Both the position numbers and the translations under genes were made by a program. DNA of 63,880 nt, counting the filler, from Candidatus Hydrogenedentota bacterium (GTDB taxonomy: Bacteria > JBFMHD01): assembly GCA_040752395.1 (NCBI GenBank). It is 6 parts of 6 records of this genome, joined end to end, with 100 filler letters (N's around TTAATTAATTAA, not from the genome) between each part and the next. Parts side by side here need not be neighbours in the genome. Positions count along the whole stretch, not along the records: positions 1 to 22,505 come from JBFMHD010000012.1; 5 more parts are not named here. One strand, 5' to 3'. Positions 1 through 11,065 of this stretch are shown piece after piece; within the stretch, counting starts at the first letter, position 1; each line of letters opens with the position of its first letter. The notes beneath the pieces were generated by a model. It saw only the letters and a program-made list of their open reading frames with translations. It searched no databases and had not been told where the DNA came from.

Positions 1-160
1 GCTGTAACTCTAATAATTCGGGCTACAGGCTACGGGCTACGGACTACAGCCGGCTGGAGCCCGAAGCCCGGAGCCTGAAGCCAACATATCATCTTTAGTT
101 TTTCATCCTTTGTGTAGAGCGCAACCCGCGCTCATGTCGACTCCTATGAAAAATTAAAAG

Positions 161-2248
161 TTATGCAACCGATTTTCTATATAAAGATACGTCAAGAAAT
201 TTTTTGACAATATCGTCAGGAACTTCCTCGTATCTGAAAAATTCCATAGTATATGTTGCTCTGCCCTGTGTCAATGATCTTAAATCCGTTGCATAACCAA
301 ACATCTCAGCAAGCGGTACCATCGCATCCACTATCTTCAAAGAAGCCTTTTCTGTTAAATTAATAATCTTACCACGCCTTACATTAATATCTGCTATAAC
401 CTCTCCTAAATTAGGCTCCGGTGTATATATCTCAAGTTTCATAATCGGCTCCATTAATATGGGATATGCATTTTTCATAGCTTCTCTAAAAGCTATGGAG
501 CCTGCTATTTTAAAAGCAATCTCTGAACTATCAACCTCATGATAAGAACCATCAATAAGAATAGCTTTTATGTCTATTACAGGGTATCCACCTAATATGC
601 CGCTTGTCATAGCCTCTTCTATGCCATTTTTTATTGAAGAGATATACTCTTCTTTTATAACCCCCCCTTTTATTTTGTTTTCAAAAATAAAACCATTACC
701 TGTATTTGGATATAACTCTATTATGCAATGACCATATTGTCCTCGTCCACCTGACTGTCTTATATACTTACCCTCACCACGCGAATTTGTTTTAATAGTT
801 TCGCGATACGATACCATAGGCTTACCAATATTTGCTCCGACACTGAACTCTCTTGTCAGTCTATCAGTTATTATTTCAAGATGTAATTCACCCATGCCGG
901 ATATAAGTGTTTGTAGCGTTTCTGCCTCAAATTTTACTTTGAAAGTAGGGTCTTCATCCTGGAGTTTAGAAAGGGCCTCGCTTAACTTCTGCTGATCAGC
1001 TTGAGTCTTTGGTTCGATTGCAACACTTATAACAGGTTCTGGAAATTGTATCGATTCAAGCAATATCGGGTTTTTAATATTAGAAAGTGTATCACCTGTT
1101 CTTGTAAATTTTAAACCGACGCATGCCACGATGTCGCCTGCACTCGCTTCTTGAATATCTTCTCGCTTATTTGCATGCATCCTTAATAACCGAGATATTC
1201 TTTCCTTCTTATCCCTGTTTACATTGTAAACAATCTCACCCTGTCTTAATATCCCTGAATATATCTTTAAATATATGAGCTGACCTACATAACTATCAGT
1301 TGCAAGCTTAAACGAGAGTGCTGAGAACGGCACTTCATCACTTGTTTCCCTTACTTCTTCCTTGTTGGTTATAGGATTTATACCTTTTACAGCCTCGACA
1401 TCAAGTGGTGAAGGCAAATAATCTACTACAGCATCAAGTAAAGATTGTATGCCTTTATTTTTAAAAGCAGAGCCGCATAATACAGGTACTACTGCGTTTT
1501 TAATCGTCCCTTTCCTTATAAGTAATTTAATCTCAGGAGTGGCTATCTCTTTACCAGCTAAATATTTTTCACATATTTTATCATCATATTCTGCGACTAC
1601 CTCAATAATGTTTTCTCTTTCAAACTCTATCTCGTCTTTGAGTTTTTTCGGGATCGGTTCTTCATAAAATTTCATACCTTTTGATTCCTCATCCCAGATT
1701 ATCTGTTTCCTTTCAAGTATATCTATGACTCCTATAAATTCATCTTTCTTGTAAATAGGGATCTGCAATTTAACAATTTTTGCAAAAAGTTTTGTCTTCA
1801 TCTCCTCTAACACACGATTAAAATCAGACCCTATTCTATCTAATTTATTAACAAATGCTATTCTTGGTACATTATATTTATTTGCGTAACGCCAGACTGT
1901 CTCGGACTGCGGTTCGACTCCACCCACACCGCAAAATATCGCAATCATACCATCAAGTACGCGTAAAGACCTCACAACCTCAACTGTAAAATCAACATGC
2001 CCCGGCGTATCAATAATATTTATTCTCGCATCTTTCCAAAAACAGGTGGTAGCTGCTGCTGTTATAGTTATACCTCTTTCACGTTCCTGCGCCATCCAAT
2101 CCATCTCAGTTGAACCCTCATCAACCTCTCCCATTTTATATATCTTACCTGTATAGTATAATATCCGCTCAGTAGTAGTAGTTTTGCCCGCATCAATATG
2201 CGCAACTATACCCATATTTCTCAAATTCAATAACTCTTCTTTCTTCAT
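161..2248 (-). CDS. fusA: Elongation factor G
   Basis: [10 protein letters not shown]-loop, RGITI, DTPGH and NKLD motifs; 695 aa; follows rpsL-rpsG. Confidence 0.98.
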   Translation of the reverse strand: MKKEELLNLRNMGIVAHIDAGKTTTTERILYYTGKIYKMGEVDEGSTEMDWMAQERERGITITAAATTCFWKDARINIIDTPGHVDFTVEVVRSLRVLDGMIAIFCGVGGVEPQSETVWRYANKYNVPRIAFVNKLDRIGSDFNRVLEEMKTKLFAKIVKLQIPIYKKDEFIGVIDILERKQIIWDEESKGMKFYEEPIPKKLKDEIEFERENIIEVVAEYDDKICEKYLAGKEIATPEIKLLIRKGTIKNAVVPVLCGSAFKNKGIQSLLDAVVDYLPSPLDVEAVKGINPITNKEEVRETSDEVPFSALSFKLATDSYVGQLIYLKIYSGILRQGEIVYNVNRDKKERISRLLRMHANKREDIQEASAGDIVACVGLKFTRTGDTLSNIKNPILLESIQFPEPVISVAIEPKTQADQQKLSEALSKLQDEDPTFKVKFEAETLQTLISGMGELHLEIITDRLTREFSVGANIGKPMVSYRETIKTNSRGEGKYIRQSGGRGQYGHCIIELYPNTGNGFIFENKIKGGVIKEEYISSIKNGIEEAMTSGILGGYPVIDIKAILIDGSYHEVDSSEIAFKIAGSIAFREAMKNAYPILMEPIMKLEIYTPEPNLGEVIADINVRRGKIINLTEKASLKIVDAMVPLAEMFGYATDLRSLTQGRATYTMEFFRYEEVPDDIVKKFLDVSLYRKSVA

Positions 2249-2290
2249 AATTTTACTTCTTGCCTCTTGCCTCTTTCGTTATCTTATTAT

Positions 2291-2761
2291 TCACCATCTG
2301 TAATGTGCAAAGGCTCTATTAGCCTCTGCCATCTTATGTGTGTCTTCTCTCTTTTTTATTGATGCGCCCTGATTATGTGCAGCATCAAGTATCTCTCTTG
2401 CTAATTTCTCTTCCATCGATTTGCCGTCTTTCCGCTCTCTCGCTGATAATACAATCCATTTTATAGCAAGCGAATTCTGCCTGTCCGCAGGTACCTCAAC
2501 AGGAACCTGATAATTCGCTCCACCAACACGCCTTGATTTGACCTCTAATTCTGGCTTCACATTGTCTATAGCTTTTCTGAATAAATCCATAGGCTTATCT
2601 TCTTTCTTCCCTATAATATCAAGCGCTTGATAAAAAATATATTCGGCAATACTTTTCTTGCCACTTTCCATAAGTTTATTAATGAATTTTTCAACTATGG
2701 TACTCTGAAATACCGGGTCTTGTAAAACTTCTCGCTTCTTAACTTTACCTTTTCTTGGCAT
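2291..2761 (-). CDS. rpsG: 30S ribosomal protein S7
   Basis: MPRKG start, [23 protein letters not shown] end. Confidence 0.98.
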   Translation of the reverse strand: MPRKGKVKKREVLQDPVFQSTIVEKFINKLMESGKKSIAEYIFYQALDIIGKKEDKPMDLFRKAIDNVKPELEVKSRRVGGANYQVPVEVPADRQNSLAIKWIVLSARERKDGKSMEEKLAREILDAAHNQGASIKKREDTHKMAEANRAFAHYRW

Positions 2762-2778
2762 ATAATTAAAACCTCTTT

Positions 2779-3186
2779 TTAAGCTGTTGGTGCTGGTACC
2801 GGTGCAGGAGCCCTTACTTTCTCTCTCTTCGCCCCGTATTTTGATCTCCCTTGCTTCCGGTCAATAACACCAGCTGCGTCAAAAGCGCCCCTGATAATGT
2901 GATACCGTACCCCGGGTAAATCCTTTACCCGCCCCCCTCTTATAAGAACAATTGAGTGCTCCTGAAGATTATGTCCTATACCAGGTATATATGAAGTAAC
3001 TTCCATCCCTGATGTCAGTCTCACTCTCGCCACTTTTCTTAAAGCAGAATTAGGTTTTTTGGGTGTTGTTGTATAAACCCTCGCACAAACACCACGGCGC
3101 TGCGGGCAACCTTTTAATGCTGGCGACTTGGATTTCCATCTCACCTTTTCTCTGCCTTTTTTAACTAACTGATTTAATGTTGGCAT
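2779..3186 (-). CDS. rpsL: 30S ribosomal protein S12
   Basis: [11 protein letters not shown] and [10 protein letters not shown]; short Pro/Ala C-terminal tail. Confidence 0.98.
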   Translation of the reverse strand: MPTLNQLVKKGREKVRWKSKSPALKGCPQRRGVCARVYTTTPKKPNSALRKVARVRLTSGMEVTSYIPGIGHNLQEHSIVLIRGGRVKDLPGVRYHIIRGAFDAAGVIDRKQGRSKYGAKREKVRAPAPVPAPTA

Positions 3187-3321
3187 AACAAACCTCGTAA
3201 TCCCTCAATTATAGGTGGAATTTAGAAGCAAGATGCAAGATAACGTAAAATCGTTGTATGGGCAAATCTATGTGTCTGGCCATAGTGCGGCGTAACCCCT
3301 GCCCTACAATTTTGGTTTTAC

Positions 3322-3359
3322 AAAAAAAAAGAATGCGACTCTTTGATAGAACCGCATTC
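3322..3359 (-). terminator. Rho-independent terminator
   Basis: Minus-strand stem GAATGCG..CGCATTC followed by nine T. Confidence 0.65.
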
Positions 3360-3480
3360 TTCCGGCGATAATATACCTGTTTTAAATCCCTCAACTATAA
3401 TCTCTCTTTATATCATTACGCTCCCTCCCTTGACTTTAAAATCAGGTCTATGCCGGAAGCGCTGCTTTCCGTTCTAAACA
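3322..3480 (-). ncRNA. Candidate structured RNA or leader upstream of rpsL
   Basis: Long imperfect inverted repeat 3359-3459 (CTTCCGGC/GCCGGAAG, ACCTG/CAGGT, TTTTAAA/TTTAAAA), TTGACA at 3514-3519 on the minus strand, and a terminator downstream; family not recognised. Confidence 0.4.
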
Positions 3481-3681
3481 TTAAATTTTATAGTTAAATA
3501 TTTTATTAAATTCTGTCAAGATTTTTTTAAATAAATTTTTTCTTTTTTGTGTTCTCTTAGTTTTCGGTAGAGTTTCTTAAGTTCGTGTTTGGTTTTCGGT
3601 TTCCGGTGTTCGGTTCACCGATAACCCAAAACCCAAAACCGAATATCTTGCTTCTTGCCCCTTAATTCCACCTATAACTGC

Positions 3682-3795
3682 GAACGTGTGAAAAAATATA
3701 TTAAATGTAGTTTTAATAATTTGTTAAAAATAATATAAATACCTCATCTTAAAGACGCATCTAAAGATGCTCACCACAATTTTTTCACACGTTCT
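3682..3795. mobile_element. MITE family 1, variant copy
   Basis: Terminal inverted repeats GAACGTGTGAAAAA/TTTTTCACACGTTC; interior differs from other copies; the TIR supplies the stop codon of the neighbouring SDR gene. Confidence 0.5.
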
Positions 3796-4672
3796 GCGGA
3801 ATTACTTCTTTACCTAATTCTTTTAATGCATGCTGAGTATCCATTATTTCTATCCCTATCTCTTTTTTAATCTTATCAATCAATAATCCTGCTTTTTTAG
3901 GCCTTTTTGCCCGCTGAGCCAACTCCTCTGTTTTTACCGGTACTATAAGTCTTTTATCTAAACCAAAAATCTCTGCTATCATATAAGCAAATTCTGATCG
4001 TGATAATATATCAGGCCCTGCTATATTGTATATCCCTTTCTTCTTTTTTTTGATTAATCTCAAAATACATTCTGCCAGTACCTCAGTGTAAGTCGGACTT
4101 GATACCTGATCATAAGGAACCTTAATATCTTTACTTTTTCTTAATGCGTCAATCAAACGCAATACATAATTTTTTCTGTATCTGTCATTGCCGTATAGCA
4201 CTGTTGTTCTGATGATTAACGAGTCCTCCGGCCGATTTGTTACTATAATATTCTCTGCATCAAATTTGGTCTTACCGTATACGCTTATCGGACGGGGAAT
4301 GGACTCTTCGATATACGGTCCACTCTCTCCATCAAAAACATAGTCAGTAGATAAAAAAACAAAATACACCGCATCCCCTGTATTCAACATAAGTTCTTGT
4401 GTAAATTCAGTATTACAGAGATACGCCTCTTCTTTATTATCTTCACAATAATCAACAAGATTTAACGCTGAGGTATGAATAATTATATCAGGCTTGAACT
4501 GGTTTATAGTATCTTTAATAGTTTTTTTATCATACGGCGTCATTAAAATTAAATCGTCATAAGTTTTTCTGGTTATATAAGTCCCTAAAATATCGTAATT
4601 ATTATTTTTCAATAGCGGATATAAAACCTGACCTGTCTGACTGCTCGCACCTGTTAATAAAACTCTTTGCAT
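3785..4672 (-). CDS. dTDP-4-dehydrorhamnose reductase (RmlD)-family SDR
   Basis: LTGASSQTG Rossmann motif, STDYVFDG, YGKTK catalytic YxxxK, DQVSSPT. Confidence 0.88.
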   Translation of the reverse strand: MQRVLLTGASSQTGQVLYPLLKNNNYDILGTYITRKTYDDLILMTPYDKKTIKDTINQFKPDIIIHTSALNLVDYCEDNKEEAYLCNTEFTQELMLNTGDAVYFVFLSTDYVFDGESGPYIEESIPRPISVYGKTKFDAENIIVTNRPEDSLIIRTTVLYGNDRYRKNYVLRLIDALRKSKDIKVPYDQVSSPTYTEVLAECILRLIKKKKKGIYNIAGPDILSRSEFAYMIAEIFGLDKRLIVPVKTEELAQRAKRPKKAGLLIDKIKKEIGIEIMDTQHALKELGKEVIPQNV

Positions 4673-4703
4673 TTATCTCTGCCTCAAAAATAGGCTTCAG
4701 GCT

Positions 4704-6206
4704 TTATGCTGACCCTATTGAGCTATTTCTATAATCGGTTTGTGGTAAAACTTTTAAAAAATTAAAAGGTACATCCATAATTGCCTGAAACTCAACCTCT
4801 ATCGCTGTTTCCTCAATAAATTCAAGTAATGTTTCGTCCTTTTTTAATAGCGGTGTATAATACTGATTCGTCTGAACAACCAGTTTTTTGTTCCCATAAC
4901 CTATCTCTTTCCCTAACATCCTTTTAACTTGATTGCACATTGTTATTGAAGAATAAATTCTACCGCCTCCACTGCAAAAAGGGCAGTAATCCATAAGTAA
5001 ATGTGTAAGACTCTTTCCTACTCGTTTTCTTGTTAGTTCAATCAGCCCAAGCTCTGATAGTTTAACTATTTGTGTCTTACACCTGTCGCGTTTTAAAAGG
5101 TTCTCAAACTCTTCTTTAATCCTCTTTCTATGCTCCTGTTCCTTCATATCTATTAAATCTATAATTATCATCCCGCCTAAATTTCTTAATCTTATCTGGA
5201 TCGCTATCTTTTGTATCGCTTCCTGATTGATTTCAAAAGCTGTGTTTTCAAGCGCATCAATACCTATAAAACCACCTGTATTTACATCTATTGACGTTAA
5301 TGCTTCAGTCTGGTCAAATATTAAATAACCGCCGCTTTTAAGATTTATTCTTCTTGTTAAAGCTTTTGTAATCTGGTTCTCGACATTAAACTTTTCAAAT
5401 ATAGGTTCTTGTTCTTCATATAACGTAATTCTGTCTCTTATATGTTTTTTATTATTCTTTACATTCTCGCAAATGTTCTCATATTCCTCTTTGTCATCAA
5501 CATATACCCTGTTTATATCTTCTGTAAGCAAATCACGGACAACTATCTCTGATAAAGGCAATTCCTGATACACAAGTCCACTTTTTTTTATTTTACCCAA
5601 CTTATCTAAAATATCCTGCCATTTTTTTCTTAATTCATAAATCTCTTCTAAAATCTCTTCCTCTTTGCAATTTATAGCCTGAGTCCGAATAATAAATCCC
5701 TCTTCCTTTTCTTGTATGCTCATCACAATGTTTCTTAATCTCTCCCTCTCTTTTGGGTCAATTATTCTATGTGAGATACCGATATGAGGTGCAAGAGGCA
5801 TATAAACCAATAATTTACCTGAAATAGCAATATTCGTTGTTATTCTTGCACCTTTTTGTTCTATGGGTTCTTTATAGACCTGAATTAAAATATGCTCACC
5901 CTTTTTAATTATCTCCTCAATCTTTCGTAATATAGAAGGAGCAGGTGCTAAACTCTTTACATTTGTTTCAGAAATGTATCTATCTGTTATATCACCTACA
6001 AAAAGAAACGCATTCCTGTTAAGTCCGATATTTACAAAAGCAGCCTGCATCCCTGGAAGCACATCCTCGATTTTCCCTTTATATATGTTCCCGGATAATC
6101 TGCTTGCAGCCCCACGCTCTAAATAAAATTCTACAAGCTGATTATCTTCAAGTAAAGCAACCCTTGTCTCGTCTGCCTCAACATTTATAAGTATCTGCGA
6201 ATACAT
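4704..6206 (-). CDS. rng: Rne/Rng-family ribonuclease (RNase G-like)
   Basis: GNIYKG..VLPGMQAAFVNIG S1 domain, EALTSIDVNTG, RLRNLGGMIIIDLIDM, CPFCSGGG. Confidence 0.93.
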   Translation of the reverse strand: MYSQILINVEADETRVALLEDNQLVEFYLERGAASRLSGNIYKGKIEDVLPGMQAAFVNIGLNRNAFLFVGDITDRYISETNVKSLAPAPSILRKIEEIIKKGEHILIQVYKEPIEQKGARITTNIAISGKLLVYMPLAPHIGISHRIIDPKERERLRNIVMSIQEKEEGFIIRTQAINCKEEEILEEIYELRKKWQDILDKLGKIKKSGLVYQELPLSEIVVRDLLTEDINRVYVDDKEEYENICENVKNNKKHIRDRITLYEEQEPIFEKFNVENQITKALTRRINLKSGGYLIFDQTEALTSIDVNTGGFIGIDALENTAFEINQEAIQKIAIQIRLRNLGGMIIIDLIDMKEQEHRKRIKEEFENLLKRDRCKTQIVKLSELGLIELTRKRVGKSLTHLLMDYCPFCSGGGRIYSSITMCNQVKRMLGKEIGYGNKKLVVQTNQYYTPLLKKDETLLEFIEETAIEVEFQAIMDVPFNFLKVLPQTDYRNSSIGSA

Positions 6207-6224
6207 TTTTCTCTCCTCTAAAAA

Positions 6225-6380
6225 AGTAAGAAGTAAGAAGTGGGAAGTATCAGGACAGGCTACAGGCTACGGACTACAGCCGGCTGGAGCCAAAAGCCCG
6301 GAGCCTGTAGTCTGGAGCCTGCTGAAAAGTCTTGAGTCCTGTTTTGACTCACGACTTGTGACTCTTTGACTCTATAGACT
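6225..6380. repeat. Composite 7-mer tandem repeat module
   Basis: AAGTAAG, GGCTACA/GGACTAC, GAGCCTG and GACTCAC arrays; near-identical composites at 22245-22410, 56344-56520 and, reversed, 39855-39980. Confidence 0.85.
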
Positions 6381-6461
6381 GATTTTGTAGTCGATAGCTT
6401 GGTGCTAACATAAATTAAGTATTTCTACCAAAAAATAAGGAATTATATCAATATTTTTTTA

Positions 6462-6490
6462 TTGACAAGTTGTATAAAAAAAAATAAAAT
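6462..6490 (+). promoter_or_regulatory. Sigma70-type promoter of the sbnB-like operon
   Basis: TTGACA-N17-TAAAAT; GGAGG RBS at 6506 before ATG 6519. Confidence 0.65.
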
Positions 6491-6518
6491 TAAGTATAAA
6501 ATTTTGGAGGATAAATAT

Positions 6519-7490
6519 ATGAAGATACTCTATCTATCAGAACCTGACCTTCTTAAAATCGGTATACACTGGGATGAAACTATTGATATTATTGAAAAAG
6601 CTGTGAGGTGTCTGGATACAAAAGATTTTGCACAGCCCATTAAACCATATCTGCGTTATAGAGATTTGACAAACCGCATTATAGCTATGCCTGCGTTTGT
6701 CGGCGGTGAGATTAATCTCGCGGGGATTAAATGGATCGCAAGTTTCCCAAAAAATATTGATAAAGGTATCCCACGAGCCCACAGCGTTGTGGTGCTAAAC
6801 AACCCGGATACAGGTGAACCCATCGCTATTATAAACACAGCGCTGTTAAGCATAATCCGAACCAGTTCAGTAACTGGTCTTATGATCCGTTATTATCTTA
6901 AAGAACGACCATTAAAGAATATTAAAATTGGTTTAACTGGCTGGGGCCCCATAGGCAGACATCATTACAAAATGTGCACTGAACTCTTACAAGACAAAAT
7001 AGATAAAATATCTATTTTTGATATACGAGAAATTGACTCTGATACCATTAAAGGCCCGTATAAAAATAAAACATCAATAGTCAAGACCTGGCAAGAAGCT
7101 TTTAGAGATATGGACATCTTTATAACTTGCACCGTTTCAAAAGCACCGTATGTTGATGAAAAACCTAAAGATGGCTCGCTTCAACTCAATGTCTCGCTCC
7201 GTGATTATAAAGTTAATATTCTCGATTATACTAAAGCAATAATAGTCGATGACTGGGAGGAAGTATGCCGGGAAAAAACTGATATTGAAATGATGCACCT
7301 CCAACGAGGATTAAAGAAAGAAGATACTAAATCTATCGCTGATGTTGTTTGCCATAATGCTATGGCTTTATACCCCACAAATATGAGCATTATGTTTAAT
7401 CCTATGGGTATGGCTGTCTTTGATATCTCAATCGCTAGATACTACTTTGACAAAGCTAAATCTCTTGGCATAGGAAAAGAACTGGAGTAA
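6519..7490 (+). CDS. sbnB: SbnB-family 2,3-diaminopropionate biosynthesis protein (ornithine cyclodeaminase fold)
   Basis: KPYLRY..NRIIAMPA, AGIKWIASFPKN, GIPRA, FNPMGMAVFD; start moved to the ATG after the RBS. Confidence 0.8.
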   Translation: MKILYLSEPDLLKIGIHWDETIDIIEKAVRCLDTKDFAQPIKPYLRYRDLTNRIIAMPAFVGGEINLAGIKWIASFPKNIDKGIPRAHSVVVLNNPDTGEPIAIINTALLSIIRTSSVTGLMIRYYLKERPLKNIKIGLTGWGPIGRHHYKMCTELLQDKIDKISIFDIREIDSDTIKGPYKNKTSIVKTWQEAFRDMDIFITCTVSKAPYVDEKPKDGSLQLNVSLRDYKVNILDYTKAIIVDDWEEVCREKTDIEMMHLQRGLKKEDTKSIADVVCHNAMALYPTNMSIMFNPMGMAVFDISIARYYFDKAKSLGIGKELE

Positions 7491-7493
7491 GTT

Positions 7494-8462
7494 ATGAAGC
7501 AAAAAAAGATATATAACAGCGTGCTCGAACTTATCGGAAATACACCAATGGTTAAACTGAATAGAATAGCAAGAGAAGTCAAATCAAATATACTTGTTAA
7601 ACTTGAATATTTGAATCCATCCGGTAGTCTAAAAGACCGGATCGCTCTTTTTATGATTGAGGAGGCGGAAAAGTCCGGTAAACTAAAACAAGGATATACC
7701 ATAGTTGAATCCTCAACCGGGAATACAGGTTTTGCTCTCTCGTTTGTTGGAACCATAAAAGGCTACAAAGTTGTAATCTATGAGACAATGCCTGGTAAAG
7801 CAGGTGCAGAAAAAACTAAGATGATGACCAATGTCGGTGCTGTGGTACGCTTAATGGAACCTTCTGATATCGCGGCTCTGAAAGAAAGAAGTATCGCAGG
7901 CGCCGAGGTAGAACTACCCGGTAGACAACTCTGTCTTGAAGATGAGAGAACAAAACCAGATATCTGGTGGGCAAGACAGTTTAGTAATATTGATAATGTA
8001 AGAGCTCATCATAAAACCGCAAATGAAATCCTTTACCAGACTGATGGTAAAGTAGATATATTCATAGCATCGATCGGCACAGGAGGTACTCTTGCAGGTG
8101 TATCTGAAGTATTAAAAAAAGAACTGCCTAATGTAAGAATTATAGGGATCCAGCCTGCAAGCTCAAAGATTCACATTAAACCAGGGATGGATTATCCTAG
8201 CTCAGAGATTAAAGGCGGCATAATCTCAGAGATGCTTAAGAAAGGGCTTGTCGATGATTATATAAGAGTCACTGATGAAGACGCACGAGCAATGGTGCAT
8301 CGATTATGGAAAGAAGAAGGTCTTTATGCAGGTGTATCATCTGGCGCAAATGTTCTTGTGGCACTCACAGAAGCACAAAAATGTAACAAAAAGAAAAATA
8401 TTGTAACATTACTCCCTGACAGTATGAATAGATACCTGACCGAAGAACGATTTGTGACATAA
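7494..8462 (+). CDS. PLP-dependent cysteine synthase family protein (possible SbnA partner)
   Basis: IGNTPMV, KLEYLNPSGSLKDR (PLP Lys), STGNTG, GTGGT, GVSSGAN. Confidence 0.85.
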   Translation: MKQKKIYNSVLELIGNTPMVKLNRIAREVKSNILVKLEYLNPSGSLKDRIALFMIEEAEKSGKLKQGYTIVESSTGNTGFALSFVGTIKGYKVVIYETMPGKAGAEKTKMMTNVGAVVRLMEPSDIAALKERSIAGAEVELPGRQLCLEDERTKPDIWWARQFSNIDNVRAHHKTANEILYQTDGKVDIFIASIGTGGTLAGVSEVLKKELPNVRIIGIQPASSKIHIKPGMDYPSSEIKGGIISEMLKKGLVDDYIRVTDEDARAMVHRLWKEEGLYAGVSSGANVLVALTEAQKCNKKKNIVTLLPDSMNRYLTEERFVT

Positions 8463-8511
8463 TACCACGGGGGACCTCTGGTCTAAAGACATTCACTACA
8501 TTTGTACTATA

Positions 8512-11013
8512 TTATATTATTATTTCTCTCTCTATCTTCTCTATAAAAATATATTGCTTTAGCCCGAAAGCATCCAGTAATCCATCAGGTCTGAAATAAT
8601 AATTCATATTTTTATTCTCTATAATAAAATCTATTTTATTATCCGTCGGATTTTCAGTTTTTAACTGGATATACTTTTTTAAATCTATCCTCTCGACCTT
8701 CCCGCTCTTTCGTTTCCTGTAGTCATAATAAAACTCCATCCTGCTACCCCACTCTTTTAAAAAATTATCTATCTCATTTAGATTATTACAAATCAGTTTT
8801 ACATAAAATATTTCTTTCTTGCATCTGTGCATAATCTTTGTTTTATTCTCATCATAACTTATATCATTTATTTTAATACCAGCTGGCAACTTGTCATTCA
8901 CTAAATCCTTTAAGTCATTTCTGGCTGGTTTATCAAGTATAATAGTAAAATAGTCGTTTTTTATCTCATATCCAAGCGGTAAAGTTCTTGCAAAATAAAT
9001 AAGTGGTCGTGGTGAATAACCCTTTGAATATTTTAATTCAATCCCTGCTCTTTTGAATGACTTTAGTATAATATCTTCAAATTCTATATGAGATACATAA
9101 CTTATCTCGGCCTCTCTTTTAAATCTAACAAGAATATTAATTTTTTCTTCAGCTTCTTTCGTGGTAGGTGTGATTTGTGGTCCTTCTAAAGATGATGATG
9201 TACTCTTTTTTATCCTGATATTGCTACTACAAACGCCACAGAGCCTGCAATCATCCTGACATATAATACCACTCTTAATATTTCTTGCAGATTCGTATTC
9301 TTTCCATAGATATTCTTTACTACAATAGGTATCTATGCCATCCCAGGGGAGTACGTCGTTATATCCGAATTTCTGTGATGCTAATCTACGTATTTCAAGA
9401 CCATCTTCAAGAAAAGCATCTTCCCAGATTTTAATATCAAAATATTCGTTCCAACCCTCCCACCCTGCGCCTTTTTCATCAGCTTTCATAATTACGCTTC
9501 CTGCCTCCCGCCCCATCTTTGACAGCACGCTCTCAAGTAAGATTGTATTTATATTATGAAATCTTAATTCTATTTTTCTGCTCTTTACCCCATCTCTTAA
9601 AATCTTCATTTTCCAGAGTAAAATATCCATATCCTCTAATTGAAGCCATTGAAACGGGGTATGGGGTTTAGGTACAAATTGAGAGATTGTAACACCGATG
9701 TATCTCAATTTTCTATTACTTGCCAGAATGTTGCAAAGTCTTGCTATCTCTTTAATATCTTCCTCTGTTTCATAAGGTAGCCCTATCATAAAATATAATT
9801 TAACACGTCTCCACCCTGCCTCTACCATACTACCTACAATATTGAATAATTCATTTAAATTCACGTTTTTATTTATTATTTTCTGTAAACGTTCTGATGC
9901 AACTTCAGGCGCTAATGTAATGCCTGTCCTTCTTATCCCTGAATACTTTTTTAGTACCTCAGTATCAAATGAATTTATCCTCATTGATGGTAACGAAATA
10001 TTAAGATGCGGTATGTTTACTGCATAGCTAATCAAATCATCTATTCTTGAATAATCCATCACAGATAATCCACTGAAAGCTGCCTCATTATATCCGCTCT
10101 TATACAATCTCTGTTCCAGTTCCTCAACTATACTTTGTATATCTCTTTCCCTGTATGGTTTATAGAGGTATGTGGCTTGGCAAAACCTGCAATTCTGGAT
10201 ACACCCTCTTGAAACCTCTACACTGATTCTATTATGAATAATATCTATATTAGGTACGATCTGCGATTTTATCGACCCGAATTCACTGCTTATTCTTTTC
10301 TTTACAACAGCTCCATTTCTGACTTTGTTATTGTCTTCTTCCTTATATATATTATAATCAACGAAAGAATATCTTTTTGTTAAAGGGTCATATAATCCAT
10401 GCACTTCTTTTTTAAGGATTTCTTTAATCTTGTTTTTACTTACCCCTTTACACTCTTTAAATACATTAATTATCTCTAATAAGCCATTTTCAGCCTCGCC
10501 TATATAAAAGAGGTCGAAAAAATCACCAAGCGGTTCAGGAGTAAAAACACCGCTACCACCACCTATTACAAGCGGATATTTGTCGTTTCTACGTTCGGCA
10601 AGAATAGACACCCCACATACTCTTAACAACTTCAAAATATTAGCATAAGTTAATTCATAAGGGATGCTGATACCGATAATATCAAACTCGCTGAGCTTTT
10701 TTTTATAATGAAGGCTTGTTAAAATTATATTATTTTTTAAGAGATAATCATAATAATCTTTTGCTGGTAAAAAAATCCTGTCACATAACACGGAATCTAT
10801 ATTATTAAGCATATCATAAATAATCTGGATTCCGAGATTAGACATCCCTATCTCATATACTTCAGGAAACCCTATTACAAACCTTACAGCCTCTTTATTA
10901 AAATCTTTAACTATACTTCCATACTCGCAATTAAGGTACTGAGCAGGCCTTTTTATCTGTATTAATTCATTATAACAAAACAAATTATATCCATCACTCT
11001 TTTTAATATCCAC
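8512..11013 (-). CDS. B12-binding radical SAM protein with C-terminal radical-SAM-linked (DUF2344-like) domain
   Basis: FPEVYEIGMSNLG, RGCIQNCRFC (CxxxCxxC), FVPKPHTPFQW, C-terminal YVSH..YSKGYSPRP. Confidence 0.85.
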   Translation of the reverse strand: MDIKKSDGYNLFCYNELIQIKRPAQYLNCEYGSIVKDFNKEAVRFVIGFPEVYEIGMSNLGIQIIYDMLNNIDSVLCDRIFLPAKDYYDYLLKNNIILTSLHYKKKLSEFDIIGISIPYELTYANILKLLRVCGVSILAERRNDKYPLVIGGGSGVFTPEPLGDFFDLFYIGEAENGLLEIINVFKECKGVSKNKIKEILKKEVHGLYDPLTKRYSFVDYNIYKEEDNNKVRNGAVVKKRISSEFGSIKSQIVPNIDIIHNRISVEVSRGCIQNCRFCQATYLYKPYRERDIQSIVEELEQRLYKSGYNEAAFSGLSVMDYSRIDDLISYAVNIPHLNISLPSMRINSFDTEVLKKYSGIRRTGITLAPEVASERLQKIINKNVNLNELFNIVGSMVEAGWRRVKLYFMIGLPYETEEDIKEIARLCNILASNRKLRYIGVTISQFVPKPHTPFQWLQLEDMDILLWKMKILRDGVKSRKIELRFHNINTILLESVLSKMGREAGSVIMKADEKGAGWEGWNEYFDIKIWEDAFLEDGLEIRRLASQKFGYNDVLPWDGIDTYCSKEYLWKEYESARNIKSGIICQDDCRLCGVCSSNIRIKKSTSSSLEGPQITPTTKEAEEKINILVRFKREAEISYVSHIEFEDIILKSFKRAGIELKYSKGYSPRPLIYFARTLPLGYEIKNDYFTIILDKPARNDLKDLVNDKLPAGIKINDISYDENKTKIMHRCKKEIFYVKLICNNLNEIDNFLKEWGSRMEFYYDYRKRKSGKVERIDLKKYIQLKTENPTDNKIDFIIENKNMNYYFRPDGLLDAFGLKQYIFIEKIEREIII

Positions 11014-11065
11014 TCAGGTATTGGTGGCGTATTTAGAAGCAAGAAACAAAGAAACGACACAAAAA

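Noticed and set aside
1-160. Loss of tuf after fusA
   Set aside because: The window ends in a repeat 160 nt past fusA, so tuf may lie just outside it.
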